Under the pieces are notes generated by a model. That model did not search any database. It saw only the letters and a program-made list of their open reading frames with translations, and was not told the DNA's origin. A stretch of DNA of 64,000 bases, taken from an uncultured cyanobacterium. GTDB taxonomy: Bacteria > Cyanobacteriota > Cyanobacteriia > Cyanobacteriales > Nostocaceae. The stretch's first letter is position 1; every line of letters begins with the position of its first letter. The stretch is from positions 2,048,001 to 2,112,000 of the forward strand of contig CAVUDP010000002.1 in assembly GCA_963740315.1 (NCBI GenBank), given 5' to 3'. Made by a program: the position numbers and the translations under genes. This document shows, piece by piece, positions 52,989 to 63,977 of this stretch.

Positions 52989-54242
52989 CTATCTACTAAC
53001 AACTAACTCTTGAGAATTAATTGCTTGTAATTTTGATAAAACCCATTCATACTCGCGCTGGATTGATGCGGCGATATCTACTTTCATCTGAGGAGGTAGC
53101 ACTTCCCAGGTATAAGTTTCGATTTCTAAATGATGACAAATATCGTTGTTTTGCAACAATTCAAATACGGTAACGATGTCGTCTTGAGTCGATCGCAATA
53201 GTTGATAATCGTTGATAAAAAGCGGTACGTGAAAATGAGTTCGCCACTCGCAAGCCGTACTTTCTTCGAGAAAAGGTAAGGCTGTTGCTAAATCTCGATA
53301 ATGTTGCAGCTTTCCGTCTGGATGACGAGCGATTACTTGATGTAAATATGTAGATTCGGCAAAAGGCTGCAATCTATCTCTGATTAAAAGCCGTTTGCTT
53401 CTATCTTGCGGTAATTGAGCTTTTAATGCGGCGCTGATTTGAATTTTACCAATCTGGATGCCTGCCTCTTGAAATCTTTTGAAAACAGAAGCTGGATTTT
53501 CATACTCGACAGAAAAATGGCAGGTGTCGTAACATACCCGCACGTGTTCGAGCAAAAGTACCTGGGCTGCTGCTTGGGAAATTCCGAGATTTTCCGCTAA
53601 ATATTTACCAGCAATGGGCAACAAATATTTTTCAAAGTAGTTGATTACTTCTTGTGCGTTTTCAATTAATCCATCTGGTTCGGGTTCCAAGTTCAAATGC
53701 AGCACTTTGTCTGTCGTAGCGCGGATTTGTACCATTTGCGCTACAACTTGGGCTATATGAATAGTAGCGCTGCTGGTTACTTTATCTTCAAGAACTCGAT
53801 CGCCCTCGAACCACGGTTTATAAGATAGAGGAACTGTAGAAATGCTACCTTCTATTTCGTTGGGTAATAGTTCGGCAAGAATTGTGGTTAACCGCAATGT
53901 ATAGTCTACACGCTCGCCTTTAGACCAATCTGGCGCGTAAACTTTGTCTTTGACTACCTGTAAATGGAATCCACCGTAAGGAAATCCATTCAGTGTAAAG
54001 ACGTATAGATCGTGTTCGTTTAGCCACGATTTAAACTCTTGTAAACTATTTCCTTGCAACAATTCTCTAGATGCTGCATCTGCTAAACGCAACCCAATAC
54101 CAAAAGGTTGCTTCGGCGATAGCTTTTCTTTTAAAGGTGGAATGTATTGCTGTAAATTAGCAAAAACCTGACTCCAATCTTCACCGGGGTGAATGTTAGT
54201 GCAGTAAGTGAGGTGTAAGTTTTGGTTTGGAAAAATTTTCAT
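52989..54242 (-). CDS. eboE: EboE, xylose-isomerase-like TIM barrel
   Basis: HLTYCTNIHPGE, NGFPYGGFH, LEPEP, WRTHFHVP, LEIETYTW. Confidence 0.9.
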   Translation of the reverse strand: MKIFPNQNLHLTYCTNIHPGEDWSQVFANLQQYIPPLKEKLSPKQPFGIGLRLADAASRELLQGNSLQEFKSWLNEHDLYVFTLNGFPYGGFHLQVVKDKVYAPDWSKGERVDYTLRLTTILAELLPNEIEGSISTVPLSYKPWFEGDRVLEDKVTSSATIHIAQVVAQMVQIRATTDKVLHLNLEPEPDGLIENAQEVINYFEKYLLPIAGKYLAENLGISQAAAQVLLLEHVRVCYDTCHFSVEYENPASVFKRFQEAGIQIGKIQISAALKAQLPQDRSKRLLIRDRLQPFAESTYLHQVIARHPDGKLQHYRDLATALPFLEESTACEWRTHFHVPLFINDYQLLRSTQDDIVTVFELLQNNDICHHLEIETYTWEVLPPQMKVDIAASIQREYEWVLSKLQAINSQELVVSR

Positions 54243-54283
54243 GTTTATAACTGTTTATCAAGTCATAGCGTCGTAGCGAATGC

Positions 54284-55480
54284 TTATATTTTTGCATTAG
54301 ATAACAGTGTAATTGCTTGTTGATATGAAGAAGTTTTGACTGCATGAACTTCAATTTCTTCTCCAATTCTTTGCAAAAGGGTTAGAGTTAATTCTCCACC
54401 CAAATGTTCTTGAAATTCTTTTAATCCTCTAAACAAACATCTGGGGTGTTCTATTTCTGTACTTTCGGTTAATTCGGGAACGTGTAGCTCAAAGCCTAAT
54501 GTTTTTAAAGTATTCAGTATTTTTTGCCAATCTGAATGTGGCAGCGTTCCTTCTATATAAGAATAAGTGCTATCCAAAGCGATACCAATTGCTACCGCTT
54601 CCCCGTGACGCAAGCGATAATTGGTCAATTGTTCGAGCTTGTGAGCCGCCCAATGTCCGAAATCGAGGGGGCGAGAGGAACCCATTTCAAAAGCATCGCC
54701 GCTGGTAGATATATGTTTTAAATGCAACTGAGCGCATCGGTAAATTACCTGCTGCATTGCCTCTAGATCGCGACGTGCTAAGAGTGCAGCATTATTCTCG
54801 ATAAACTCAAAAAAGTCCGCATCTCTAATCAGCGCTACTTTCACCGCTTCAGCAATACCCGATCGCCAATCTCGTTCGTTAAGGGTGCTGAGGAAATCAA
54901 AATCATTTAGAACGGCATAAGGTGGCGCAAAGCTGCCCAAAAAGTTCTTTTTACCAAATGCGTTAATACCGTTTTTAACTCCAACCGCAGAATCATTTTG
55001 TGCTAGCACTGTAGTAGGAATACGGATGAGGCGAATTCCTCGATGGGCTGTAGCTGCCGCATATCCGACTAAATCCAGAACCGCACCACCACCGACAGCA
55101 ATTAAATAAGAGTGACGACAGATACCCGCATTGTCAACTAACTGATGAATTTTTTCGGGCAACCGGGGATCGTTTTTCGCCGCTTCACCACCGGGAACTA
55201 CCAACGGTGGAGCAGATATTAGGATATCAGAATGGCGATCGCAATATTCCTGCAATTGTTCGAGTAACCCGTGTTGATATTCGAGCAATCCACTATCGAC
55301 AACAAACACAACCTTTTTCGGTTTAGCTTCACCATCATCAGCAACAACCTGCGCTAAAAGCGGATTATCTAAATTAAAAATACCGTTAGTGAAGTGAACC
55401 GAATAATTAAAAGTCACCTCAACACGTTGCTGAATCGGTTGCAGTTTATATTTAGTTTTTCTCTTTAAGTCTAGAATCAT
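54284..55480 (-). CDS. aroB: 3-dehydroquinate synthase-like sugar-phosphate cyclase (AroB/EboD)
   Basis: GGGAVLDLVG, PTTVLAQNDS, KNFLG, DFGHWAAHKLE, HGEAVAIG. Confidence 0.88.
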   Translation of the reverse strand: MILDLKRKTKYKLQPIQQRVEVTFNYSVHFTNGIFNLDNPLLAQVVADDGEAKPKKVVFVVDSGLLEYQHGLLEQLQEYCDRHSDILISAPPLVVPGGEAAKNDPRLPEKIHQLVDNAGICRHSYLIAVGGGAVLDLVGYAAATAHRGIRLIRIPTTVLAQNDSAVGVKNGINAFGKKNFLGSFAPPYAVLNDFDFLSTLNERDWRSGIAEAVKVALIRDADFFEFIENNAALLARRDLEAMQQVIYRCAQLHLKHISTSGDAFEMGSSRPLDFGHWAAHKLEQLTNYRLRHGEAVAIGIALDSTYSYIEGTLPHSDWQKILNTLKTLGFELHVPELTESTEIEHPRCLFRGLKEFQEHLGGELTLTLLQRIGEEIEVHAVKTSSYQQAITLLSNAKI

Positions 55481-55530
55481 GATTAATAATTAATAATTGC
55501 GGAATGGGCATTGAGAATAAAAAATAATTC

Positions 55531-56160
55531 CTAACTTCTAACTCCTAACTGATTAAACGCTTGAATAAAAGCTTCTTTGGACTGAGAACCATTAATTTTA
55601 ACTTCGTTATTAATAATAAAAAATGGTACGCTATTGATACCCAAACGACGAGCATTCTCCGATTCGGTAACAATTGCATCAAGAGCATTTTTATCGCTTA
55701 ATTGCTGTGGTAATTCAGCGGAATTCATTCCACATGATTTAGCAATTGCAACTATTACATCAATATTTCCCAGATTCAAACCGGATTCAAAGTAAGCTTT
55801 GTAAATTGCTTCAACAACCTGACTTTTAAGATTGGATGGAGCTAATTCAATCAGTCGGTGAGAGAGAGTAGTATTAACAGCCAATCGCACCTTTTCAAAA
55901 TCTAACTTTACACCAGTAGTTTCACTCATACGACGCGTGTAATCAAACATTTGCTGTAATTGTTGCGGTGACATTCCCTTTCGCTTTTGCATAAACTCAC
56001 GAAACTCGTAACCTTGACTGGGAACTGAATTGTCTAAAAGAAAAGGATGCCAACGAATCTCTACTTTTTCCCGTTGATATTGTGCGATCGCATCAAAAAG
56101 ATGCTTTTTGCCAATTCGGCACCAAGGACACACTGTATCATGATATACGTCTATTTGCAT
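55531..56160 (-). CDS. dsbA: DsbA/FrnE-family oxidoreductase
   Basis: DTVCPWCRIG active site; GINSVPFF cis-Pro loop. Confidence 0.88.
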   Translation of the reverse strand: MQIDVYHDTVCPWCRIGKKHLFDAIAQYQREKVEIRWHPFLLDNSVPSQGYEFREFMQKRKGMSPQQLQQMFDYTRRMSETTGVKLDFEKVRLAVNTTLSHRLIELAPSNLKSQVVEAIYKAYFESGLNLGNIDVIVAIAKSCGMNSAELPQQLSDKNALDAIVTESENARRLGINSVPFFIINNEVKINGSQSKEAFIQAFNQLGVRS

Positions 56161-56336
56161 AGTTTTTATTTAACCCGTGGACTTAGATATTTAATATAAT
56201 TCACATCTTGGATAGTTAACAGAAACCCGGAATATGCTCGTCTGACAACGAATTCATTATGTTTATACTCTTGTTAAACCGGGTTTCTAGATATCTATAA
56301 TGACGCTACCGCTTTAGGCTGCAAAGCCCAGTCAAA

Positions 56337-57275
56337 TTAAGTAGGAAGCAAAACGTTCTCACTACCATCTTTTTTGCCTTTGCTAAAATGTTCTGCTTTA
56401 TTAAAACTATTATTTTTTAAATAATTATTTACTTCTTCCTTCTTAATTTCTCGCTCATGACTCTTATCTTCTACATCTGATTTATTAAAAAAGTTTTGAG
56501 TAGATTCAAACTCTCTTATTAATGCTTCTCTATCTTTTTGCACTACAAGATTTGCCAAACGACTGTAAGTTTCAGCCATAGAAACTATTGCCTGACATCT
56601 ATCTTCGGTTGCCAACATAATGTCCGCACATAAATGCGAACTTTGAGCAAATAGACGTTTGAGAATATCAAGTTCTTGGCGATAAGTTGGACTAGCCATT
56701 GATAAACTACGCTGAACATCGATATTTTCTTGAGCTAAAAACACGCCTAAACTAAAGCGATCGAAATGACGCAACGCTTGTATAACTACCATCATCTTAT
56801 CGTGTTCTTGAGGCGTAGATTTCACTAACTTGGAGCCTTCAGCTTCAAAGTAATCTAACAACCATTGAAAGCGATCGTCATCTCGTCCCGAACACACCAC
56901 CACAATCTGTTCCGCAAACGATTTAACTTGCGGTCCGAACATCGGATGTAAACCCATTACAGCACCTTTGTGGTATTCCAACATTGCCTGCACGGGTTCT
57001 GTTTTGACACTAGTAATATCGGCGATCGCTGTAGTCGGTTTCAGATATTGACTTGCACGCTTAATTACCTCTACTGTTCGCTCGATCGGAACCGAAATTA
57101 ATACTAAATCGGCATCACCAAGTAACTTAGCAGCATGCGCCCAGTCTTGGTTTCCAAAAGCACAAACTTGATGACCAATAGCAGAAAGTTCGCGATTGAA
57201 CCATTGTCCCATCTGTCCGCGTCCGCCGATAATTGTAATTCGTTGAGATTTATCCTTATTTACTTTGTTAGACAT
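56337..57275 (-). CDS. tyrA: Prephenate dehydrogenase (T-protein type), scytonemin-cluster copy
   Basis: IIGGRGQMG, DITSVK, GLHPMFGP, HDKMMVVIQALRH. Confidence 0.9.
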   Translation of the reverse strand: MSNKVNKDKSQRITIIGGRGQMGQWFNRELSAIGHQVCAFGNQDWAHAAKLLGDADLVLISVPIERTVEVIKRASQYLKPTTAIADITSVKTEPVQAMLEYHKGAVMGLHPMFGPQVKSFAEQIVVVCSGRDDDRFQWLLDYFEAEGSKLVKSTPQEHDKMMVVIQALRHFDRFSLGVFLAQENIDVQRSLSMASPTYRQELDILKRLFAQSSHLCADIMLATEDRCQAIVSMAETYSRLANLVVQKDREALIREFESTQNFFNKSDVEDKSHEREIKKEEVNNYLKNNSFNKAEHFSKGKKDGSENVLLPT

Positions 57276-57760
57276 AAGTTTAATGAGTAGTTTGTAATTA
57301 ATGTAGCGGCATTATTAGAGCTGTAAATGACAAATTGCCTCTAATATTCTTTCTTAAATTTTGCATTTTTAAAAACCTACATTCCACCCAGAATTGTAAA
57401 CCCACATCGAAACATATAGTCATTTATCCGGCACAAACAGATGGTTAGCAGTCAAGTAAAACAGTTCCCTCATGGCTCGTTATCTGTTCTACTCCCAATA
57501 CGTAAATTAATTGGAATGACTATAAACCTATTTTAATAGATTAATAAATATTTAATATATTTAATTGATATATTATTCGTTAATTGATATATATTTAGTT
57601 TTTTAAATTTATATATATAACATTTTATAGAAAAATTAGAAGCCTAACCCACAATTGTAAAAACATACGTCGTAGGTACTTATTAAGCTTGCTATCTATT
57701 TATTTCTCAAGCGAGCATGGTAGATACAGCCACGTTGAAGGGCACTATGATAAATAACAA

Positions 57761-59041
57761 TCAACTCCTGACTCCCAACTTTTTATCTATTGCTGGTAAT
57801 ATACCAGGTACTTTCCGAGAAACAGCTTGAGAAAACACAGCTTCATAAGCCGTCAATGCTTGTTCAAAAGAATAACGTTCAACAGCAAACTTTCTCGCCT
57901 TTTCACCTAGCTTTGCCGTCAAAACAGGATTGCTATATAAACTCATAATTGCAGCACCTAAATCTTGAGGTGATTCTGGTGCGACAACTACACCGCCACC
58001 ACTTTGTCTAATTGCACGTGCTGCGGTACCGGAAGCGGGAACGGAAGCAATAATTGGACTTCCGGAAGCTAATAATAACGGTATTTTGGAAGGCATATTA
58101 AATGAAATCACGTTACGCTTTTGCACTACCAAACCCACATCAGCAGCCGCTAGCATTTCTGGTAATTGCTCTCGCGGTTGCAAGGGTAGTAATAAAACAT
58201 TATCCGCACCACAAGCCAGACAATGTTTTTGCAACCTTTTTAAAGCCTTGGATTCCCCAGCAATTACAAAAGCGATTTCAGGAATATGACTTAACGATGC
58301 CGCTGTTTCGATTACCGTTTCTAAACCCTGAGTTAAAGCAATATTTCCCGAATAAAGCGCCACAAACTTGTTCTCTAATTTGTGAATAGCTTTCCAATTT
58401 TTCGCTTTATTTGGCAAAGGGCGAATAAAATTGACATCTACCCAATTAGGAATACAGGCAATCTTATTAATCGGAACTTTCTTATTAACTAAATTCTTAA
58501 CAAACCCATCAGCAATTACGCTAATTGTATGAGCTTTTTTATAAGCAAATTTCTCTAAAACTTCCAAAGCGCGAATCATGAATTTATTTTTTAATAATCC
58601 AGTTTTTATCGCAGCTTCTGGTAAGATATCTTGTAGGTTTAATACTACCGGACAATTATAGAACCAACCTAAAAATGTCGCAGGTAGTGAAACGAATAAA
58701 GGCGGAACAGTTAACAGAATAACATCAGGTCGCCAACCATTCAGAGCTTGCGGCAAACTTGTAAATACGAAGCTTAATTCTAATAGCAACCGATCGATTA
58801 AATTAGGCTTAGATTTAATTCTTAAATAACAACGCTGAATAGTTACGCCATTTTTCTCTTCCGTAACATACCACTTACCCCGGTACTCTTCGTAAATCTC
58901 GCGCTGGGGATAATTCGGCATACCAGTAATCACTCGTACCTGATGCCCTTTTTTAACTAACCCCTCAGCAAGTTCAGTCATCAAAGGTGCAATTCCGATA
59001 GGTTCGGGATAATAATTATAAGAATAAATTAGGATTTGCAT
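57761..59041 (-). CDS. GT4 (WcaI-like) glycosyltransferase
   Basis: YNYYPEPIGIA, GMPNYP, QDILPEAA, PNWVD, YSGNI, MPSK. Confidence 0.9.
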   Translation of the reverse strand: MQILIYSYNYYPEPIGIAPLMTELAEGLVKKGHQVRVITGMPNYPQREIYEEYRGKWYVTEEKNGVTIQRCYLRIKSKPNLIDRLLLELSFVFTSLPQALNGWRPDVILLTVPPLFVSLPATFLGWFYNCPVVLNLQDILPEAAIKTGLLKNKFMIRALEVLEKFAYKKAHTISVIADGFVKNLVNKKVPINKIACIPNWVDVNFIRPLPNKAKNWKAIHKLENKFVALYSGNIALTQGLETVIETAASLSHIPEIAFVIAGESKALKRLQKHCLACGADNVLLLPLQPREQLPEMLAAADVGLVVQKRNVISFNMPSKIPLLLASGSPIIASVPASGTAARAIRQSGGGVVVAPESPQDLGAAIMSLYSNPVLTAKLGEKARKFAVERYSFEQALTAYEAVFSQAVSRKVPGILPAIDKKLGVRS

Positions 59042-59150
59042 TTACATCGATTTTCTATAAGTTAATTCTTTGGGAATAGGATATTGGATATTAAAAGTTT
59101 TTAATTCCTAGCTATTCTTCCCTCATCACCCCGAACAAATCAAAAGTATT

Positions 59151-60050
59151 CTAAGTTACAGCAAACAATCGTGCTAGCACCATAGATACAGGTAACAAAC
59201 TTAACACCAATAAACTATAGGGTAAACCAGCAAAGCTACAACTAAGCGTTGCATCTAATACTATAAGGGATAAAATTCCCGAACGTACTGCTATACGTAT
59301 ATTGTCGGCACTTGGTTGACGCACGGCTTGGATAAAAGGCACTAATACGCGCCCGCTCAGTAAAACTACGAATGGCAATACTGCAAAAAAGTATGATTTA
59401 TTTAACCATCCCAGCCCTAACATTCCCGTAATAACTGCGCCCATTAGTACTAAAGCTACAATACCCGTACTGCGTTTACCACCGTGTACTTCACCTTGGC
59501 TAATAGCTGTAATTGCTGCAATATAAGTAATCGGAATTAAAGCTAAATACCAGCTTTCCCTCAGCATTGGCGATAAAATGCTTACACCCAAAAGCAGATT
59601 ACCACCGCGACAAATACCCATATTTAAAGGACCCAAAAACGGATGATGTTTTCCGTAAGCGTCATAAAGTAAAGCCGCAGCAGCCACACCACAAGCAATG
59701 CTAAAACTTAACCAAGAAACTTGAGCCGCTGCAAGTACACCAGTAATTAGAAGTACGCATCCTAAAAAAGTTGCTCCCCATAGAGAAACTCTACCGCTAG
59801 GTATAGGTCTTTCAGGTCTTTCCTTAGCATCTAATTCCGCATCAAAAACATCATTAAATACAACACCGCCACCGTATAAACCCGTAGTCGCCAAAAGCAG
59901 CCATATAACGGGTGTCGGATTATCCAAAACTGCAAAACCCGAAGCCGCAACACCTGCCAGCACATCCGCCCAAGCGGTGATAATATTTGCAGGTCGCGTT
60001 AACTGTAGATACGCCCAGAAGCGGTTGGTGTTTAAAGTTGCTACGTTCAT
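59151..60050 (-). CDS. eboC: EboC, UbiA-family prenyltransferase
   Basis: NDVFDAELDAKERPERPIPSG Asp-rich motif; MGICRGGN; multiple TM helices. Confidence 0.9.
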   Translation of the reverse strand: MNVATLNTNRFWAYLQLTRPANIITAWADVLAGVAASGFAVLDNPTPVIWLLLATTGLYGGGVVFNDVFDAELDAKERPERPIPSGRVSLWGATFLGCVLLITGVLAAAQVSWLSFSIACGVAAAALLYDAYGKHHPFLGPLNMGICRGGNLLLGVSILSPMLRESWYLALIPITYIAAITAISQGEVHGGKRSTGIVALVLMGAVITGMLGLGWLNKSYFFAVLPFVVLLSGRVLVPFIQAVRQPSADNIRIAVRSGILSLIVLDATLSCSFAGLPYSLLVLSLLPVSMVLARLFAVT

Positions 60051-60198
60051 GTTTATAGATGGGGTAGATAGGGAAGATAGGGAAGAGGGGGGAGACGGGG
60101 GAGAGGGGGAAGAGGGGGGAGAGGGGAGAGAAAATAATTCCTAACTCATAACTCCTCACTCCTCACTCCTAACTGGTAACTGCTCACTGCTCACTGAT

Positions 60199-61107
60199 TT
60201 ACTCAATTAGTGCGTATTCGGATTCAGATTTTTCAACAACTGGTTTTTGTCCGCGCAGTACGGAATTACCGCTAAATAATTCCCGCTGGTCGATTGGTGA
60301 TGGATTTAACCAGTCAGATTCTTGTATTTGACCGCTTTGGCTGTATGCTGCGAGGGCATTTTCGTAACAGGTGGCTCGCACGTGCGCTTCCCGAATCCCT
60401 CTCTCTACCATTAATTGAGCGGTTTTCGGTACTGCTAAAGGATCGCTTACTCCCCAGTCGGCGCTGCTGTCTACGATGATGCGATCGCAACCGTATTGAC
60501 GCACAACTTCCACCATGCGAGCGTTACCCATTTTGGTGTTGGGATAAATTGTAAACGCTGCCCAGAAACCTCTATCTAATACATCTTTTACGGTTTCTTC
60601 ATTGTTATGATCCATCACCACCTTCGATGGTTCCAAACCATGTTCGATACATACTTCCATGCTGCGAATGGTACCCGCTTTTTTGTCGCGGTGCGGTGTA
60701 TGAATCATCACCAGCATATCTAGTTCTTTTGCTAATTCCAGTTGCAAGCGAAAGTATTTGTCTTCCGCCGGTGTCATATCGTCGTAACCAATCTCACCGA
60801 TCGCAACTACACCTTCTTTACAAGCGTACAAAGGTAATAATTCCATTACCTGTTCTGCCAAGGGTTCGTTATTAGCTTCCTTCGAGTTCAAACCAATAGT
60901 GCAGTAATGTTTAATGCCAAACTGCGACGCTCGAAAGCGTTCCCAGCCCACCAAACTACTGAAATAATCTTGAAAAGAACCAATATTAGTCCGTGGTTGT
61001 CCCATCCAGAAAGAAGGTTCAATCACCGCAACAATACCCGCATCACGCATTTTCTCGTAATCATCGGTAGTGCGCGAACTCATGTGAATATGTGGATCGA
61101 TATACAT
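60199..61107 (-). CDS. eboB: EboB, TatD-family hydrolase
   Basis: DPHIHMSSRTTDDY, GEIGYD, IHTPHRDK, DSSADWG. Confidence 0.9.
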   Translation of the reverse strand: MYIDPHIHMSSRTTDDYEKMRDAGIVAVIEPSFWMGQPRTNIGSFQDYFSSLVGWERFRASQFGIKHYCTIGLNSKEANNEPLAEQVMELLPLYACKEGVVAIGEIGYDDMTPAEDKYFRLQLELAKELDMLVMIHTPHRDKKAGTIRSMEVCIEHGLEPSKVVMDHNNEETVKDVLDRGFWAAFTIYPNTKMGNARMVEVVRQYGCDRIIVDSSADWGVSDPLAVPKTAQLMVERGIREAHVRATCYENALAAYSQSGQIQESDWLNPSPIDQRELFSGNSVLRGQKPVVEKSESEYALIE

Positions 61108-61338
61108 AATAATAATTTTGGATTTTAGATTTTAGATTTTAGATTTTGGGGATTGAGAATAGGGGATTGGTAATTGGAAATTGGGAATTGGGGACTGGTA
61201 ATTGGGAATTGATAATTGATAATTGATAATTGGTAAGAGTTAGGAATTAATAATTCTCCTTGTCCCCTTGTCTCCCCATCTCCCCATCTCCCCATCTCCC
61301 CATCTCCCCCTCTCCCCACTCTTCCCCCTCTCCCCATC

Positions 61339-62259
61339 TCACTTAACGTTCTTCCAAGTCAGTCTTCCTGCTTGAATATCACTTTGTAATTCTGGGTATC
61401 GAGCTAGAATATCTTCGGCTTGGGGTAGGGGACAATCTGCACAAGCTAAAGCTGCTGCGGTTCTTTCGAGTAACTTTTGCTGTCCTTTACCGTTTGAATC
61501 GCTTTGAGTATGAGATTCGATTAAAACTCGCTCTAAATCGGCTAACATTTCGCTGTTGGCAAATTTTCCAACGCATCGCCATAGTTCGGGTGATACATTA
61601 CGTCCGGCTGCCCATCTTTCGTGAGCGTAATCAACCAGCATCCTCGCTAATTCTGGGTTTGCTCGTTCGTCGATTCCTTGAATTAAATATAAAGGACTAC
61701 CGACAAACAAGGCTTTTAAAACCATCTGATTCCAAGCTAGATTGTCTAAATACTCTGCTGGATAGGGATTGTTTAAAGCAACGGCATTGAAAACTGCTGT
61801 CATATTGCTGCGGATACCTTCAGCAGCGCGATCGCAAAGTTTTTCTGGATAAGGAAGCAGTGGTAATGCTTGATATAGTGCTACTAATTCCCTAACATCG
61901 GCAGATGCAAATACTTGGCTTAATATTCGTAAATATTTATCTGCATCATTTGATGGTAAACTCAATACCAGTAATGTTCGAGCCGATTGATCTATAGTCC
62001 AATTAGCTGGATACCAGTTATTGCAAACATTCGAGGCTGATTCTAATTCTTCTACCGTAGGCTGTATATCGTTTTTATCTGTATAACGAGGTACCGCACT
62101 AAAGGCAGTAAAAAATAGAAAAGGTGCCGCACCTTCACTAATCTGCTGTCGCTTTTTATCTAACCAATTGAGAGCTTCAGTATTGACTTGTCGCGATACC
62201 CAGCGGTAAAGTAAATCTTCAGCAGTAATATTTTGCGTTTCTATATAAGTTGTAATCAT
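61339..62259 (-). CDS. eboA: EboA
   Basis: EGIRSNM, NPYPAEYL...WNQMVLKALF, DYAHERWAAGR. Confidence 0.9.
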   Translation of the reverse strand: MITTYIETQNITAEDLLYRWVSRQVNTEALNWLDKKRQQISEGAAPFLFFTAFSAVPRYTDKNDIQPTVEELESASNVCNNWYPANWTIDQSARTLLVLSLPSNDADKYLRILSQVFASADVRELVALYQALPLLPYPEKLCDRAAEGIRSNMTAVFNAVALNNPYPAEYLDNLAWNQMVLKALFVGSPLYLIQGIDERANPELARMLVDYAHERWAAGRNVSPELWRCVGKFANSEMLADLERVLIESHTQSDSNGKGQQKLLERTAAALACADCPLPQAEDILARYPELQSDIQAGRLTWKNVK

Positions 62260-62747
62260 TTTTTTATATAGTACTTAAATTCTTTCTCCTCGTTCTCCTC
62301 GTTCCTTGACTCTGGCAAGGAATGCAATTTTTGAGGCTCTGCCTCAAAAATCACTAAAATCTAAATTTATTCATCTAAGTTTATTCAAATCTATGAAGGC
62401 AGAGCCTTTTACTTAAGCCTTCCCAGCCTGAGACTGGGAATGAGAATATTTTGCGCTCGCTGACTTTTAGCCGATATTATTAAGATTGCGATCGCTCTCA
62501 ATACTTAAAGCTTTTAGTTACTCTTTACAGTGAAATACGTAAGTCTAATTAGTTAAAACTTCGTAATGCTTTTAACAACATTGTATCGTTGTCAAAAAAC
62601 TCTTTTATGAAGATTGCAAAAATATTTGCTATTTAATTAAAAGATAATATTTTTGCAATTTTTCTGATATTTATGGGGATATAGGAAGTCCAGCCTTTCA
62701 TATTTTCGTTGTCAATTTTAGACTGAGAACGAAAATATGATGCTAAA

Positions 62748-63920
62748 TTAATTAGCAGATTGTTGCTTATCTTTTTTAAACTTGGTCATAGCAGCGCCAA
62801 GTACAAACACGCTTAAACCTAGTAAAGTAGTAGGTTCGGGTACTTTCTTCGCACCATCATGACCTTCTACATTTAATACCTGTACGCGACCTTGGAAAAA
62901 GTCTCCTACATAAAGTTTGCCATCGTTGAGTGTTGTACCTGCCGTCCAGTTAAATCTTCCAGGTGTTAAGTCTAAAGGATCGCCAAAAGGAGGTTCGCCA
63001 AGTTGAGGAGGAGGAACAGGATTGCCTTCCTCGTCCAAAGCAGGTTCGCCGTATGCTGTTAAGAAGTTACCTTCGCGATCGAATACCTGTACGCGGCTGT
63101 TGATCGAGTCAGCCACATAAATATTTTCTTTATCATCCACTTCAACACCAATAGGCTGAAGAAACTGCCCATCTCCGGTACCTTGTTCCCCAAAGACTAA
63201 AAGAGGTTCTCCTTCGGGAGTAAGTACTTGAACGCGGTTATTAAACTGATCGGTAACAAAGAAGTTGCCGCTGGTTGGAGATATTCTTACACCTGCGGGG
63301 CCTTGGAATTGCCCTGGCTCGGTACCAGCACTACCAATACTGTCAAGTAACTCGCCATCCTCAGTAAATTTAAGAATGCGATCGTTACTGAAATCTCCTA
63401 CGTATACATTGTTAGCTTCATCGAATGTGATTCCAGAAGGTCCGAAGAAGGCTCTACCTTCAACAAGACCGCCAAATAAGCCTTCGCCAAAGGTATTAAC
63501 AAAGTTACCTTTTGAATCATAAACATTGACACGGTTGTTAAAAACATCACCTACATAAAGGTTTCCGTTTTTAGGGCTAAATTCTAAAGCTGAAGGTTCG
63601 TCAAATTCTCCAGGTCCAGTTCCACCGCTACCAACTGCGCCAATATATTCACCACCAGGATTATATATCTCAACTTTATTACCAAGGTCTGGATTAAAAG
63701 AGCCATCTGGATTAAGACCGCGACCGTTAGATACATAAACGTTTCCAGTATCGTCCTGTACGGTTATACCTTGGGGAACGAAAAGCTCTCCTAGACCGAA
63801 TCCCGGCGAACCAATTTGGCTATCGTATGTCAGGTTTACTGCTTTAGCTTCGGTGGTAGCTGCCAAAACCATGAATCCCACACTTACAACAGTTAATGAT
63901 ACATTTTTAATTAATTTCAT
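62748..63920 (-). CDS. scyF: ScyF, NHL-repeat PEP-CTERM protein of the scytonemin cluster
   Basis: Signal peptide, GxFxxPxGI NHL repeats, VPEP plus TM plus basic tail; upstream of ebo/tyrA/dsbA/aroB/trp. Confidence 0.85.
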   Translation of the reverse strand: MKLIKNVSLTVVSVGFMVLAATTEAKAVNLTYDSQIGSPGFGLGELFVPQGITVQDDTGNVYVSNGRGLNPDGSFNPDLGNKVEIYNPGGEYIGAVGSGGTGPGEFDEPSALEFSPKNGNLYVGDVFNNRVNVYDSKGNFVNTFGEGLFGGLVEGRAFFGPSGITFDEANNVYVGDFSNDRILKFTEDGELLDSIGSAGTEPGQFQGPAGVRISPTSGNFFVTDQFNNRVQVLTPEGEPLLVFGEQGTGDGQFLQPIGVEVDDKENIYVADSINSRVQVFDREGNFLTAYGEPALDEEGNPVPPPQLGEPPFGDPLDLTPGRFNWTAGTTLNDGKLYVGDFFQGRVQVLNVEGHDGAKKVPEPTTLLGLSVFVLGAAMTKFKKDKQQSAN

Positions 63921-63950
63921 TAATTAAGACCTATAGTGTGGCGTTCCCAA

Positions 63951-63977
63951 TGTAGAGACGTAGCACTGCTACGTCTC
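63951..63977. repeat. REP-like palindrome GTAGAGACGTAGCANTGCTACGTCTC
   Basis: Copies also at 15139-15164, 16125-16150, 19049-19075, 35288-35316, 40704-40734 and a variant at 311-336. Confidence 0.9.

Noticed and set aside
57380..57530. GC-richer patch upstream of the cluster tyrA as a gene remnant or sRNA
   Set aside because: The frames I translated contain stops and no recognisable motif or stable fold was seen
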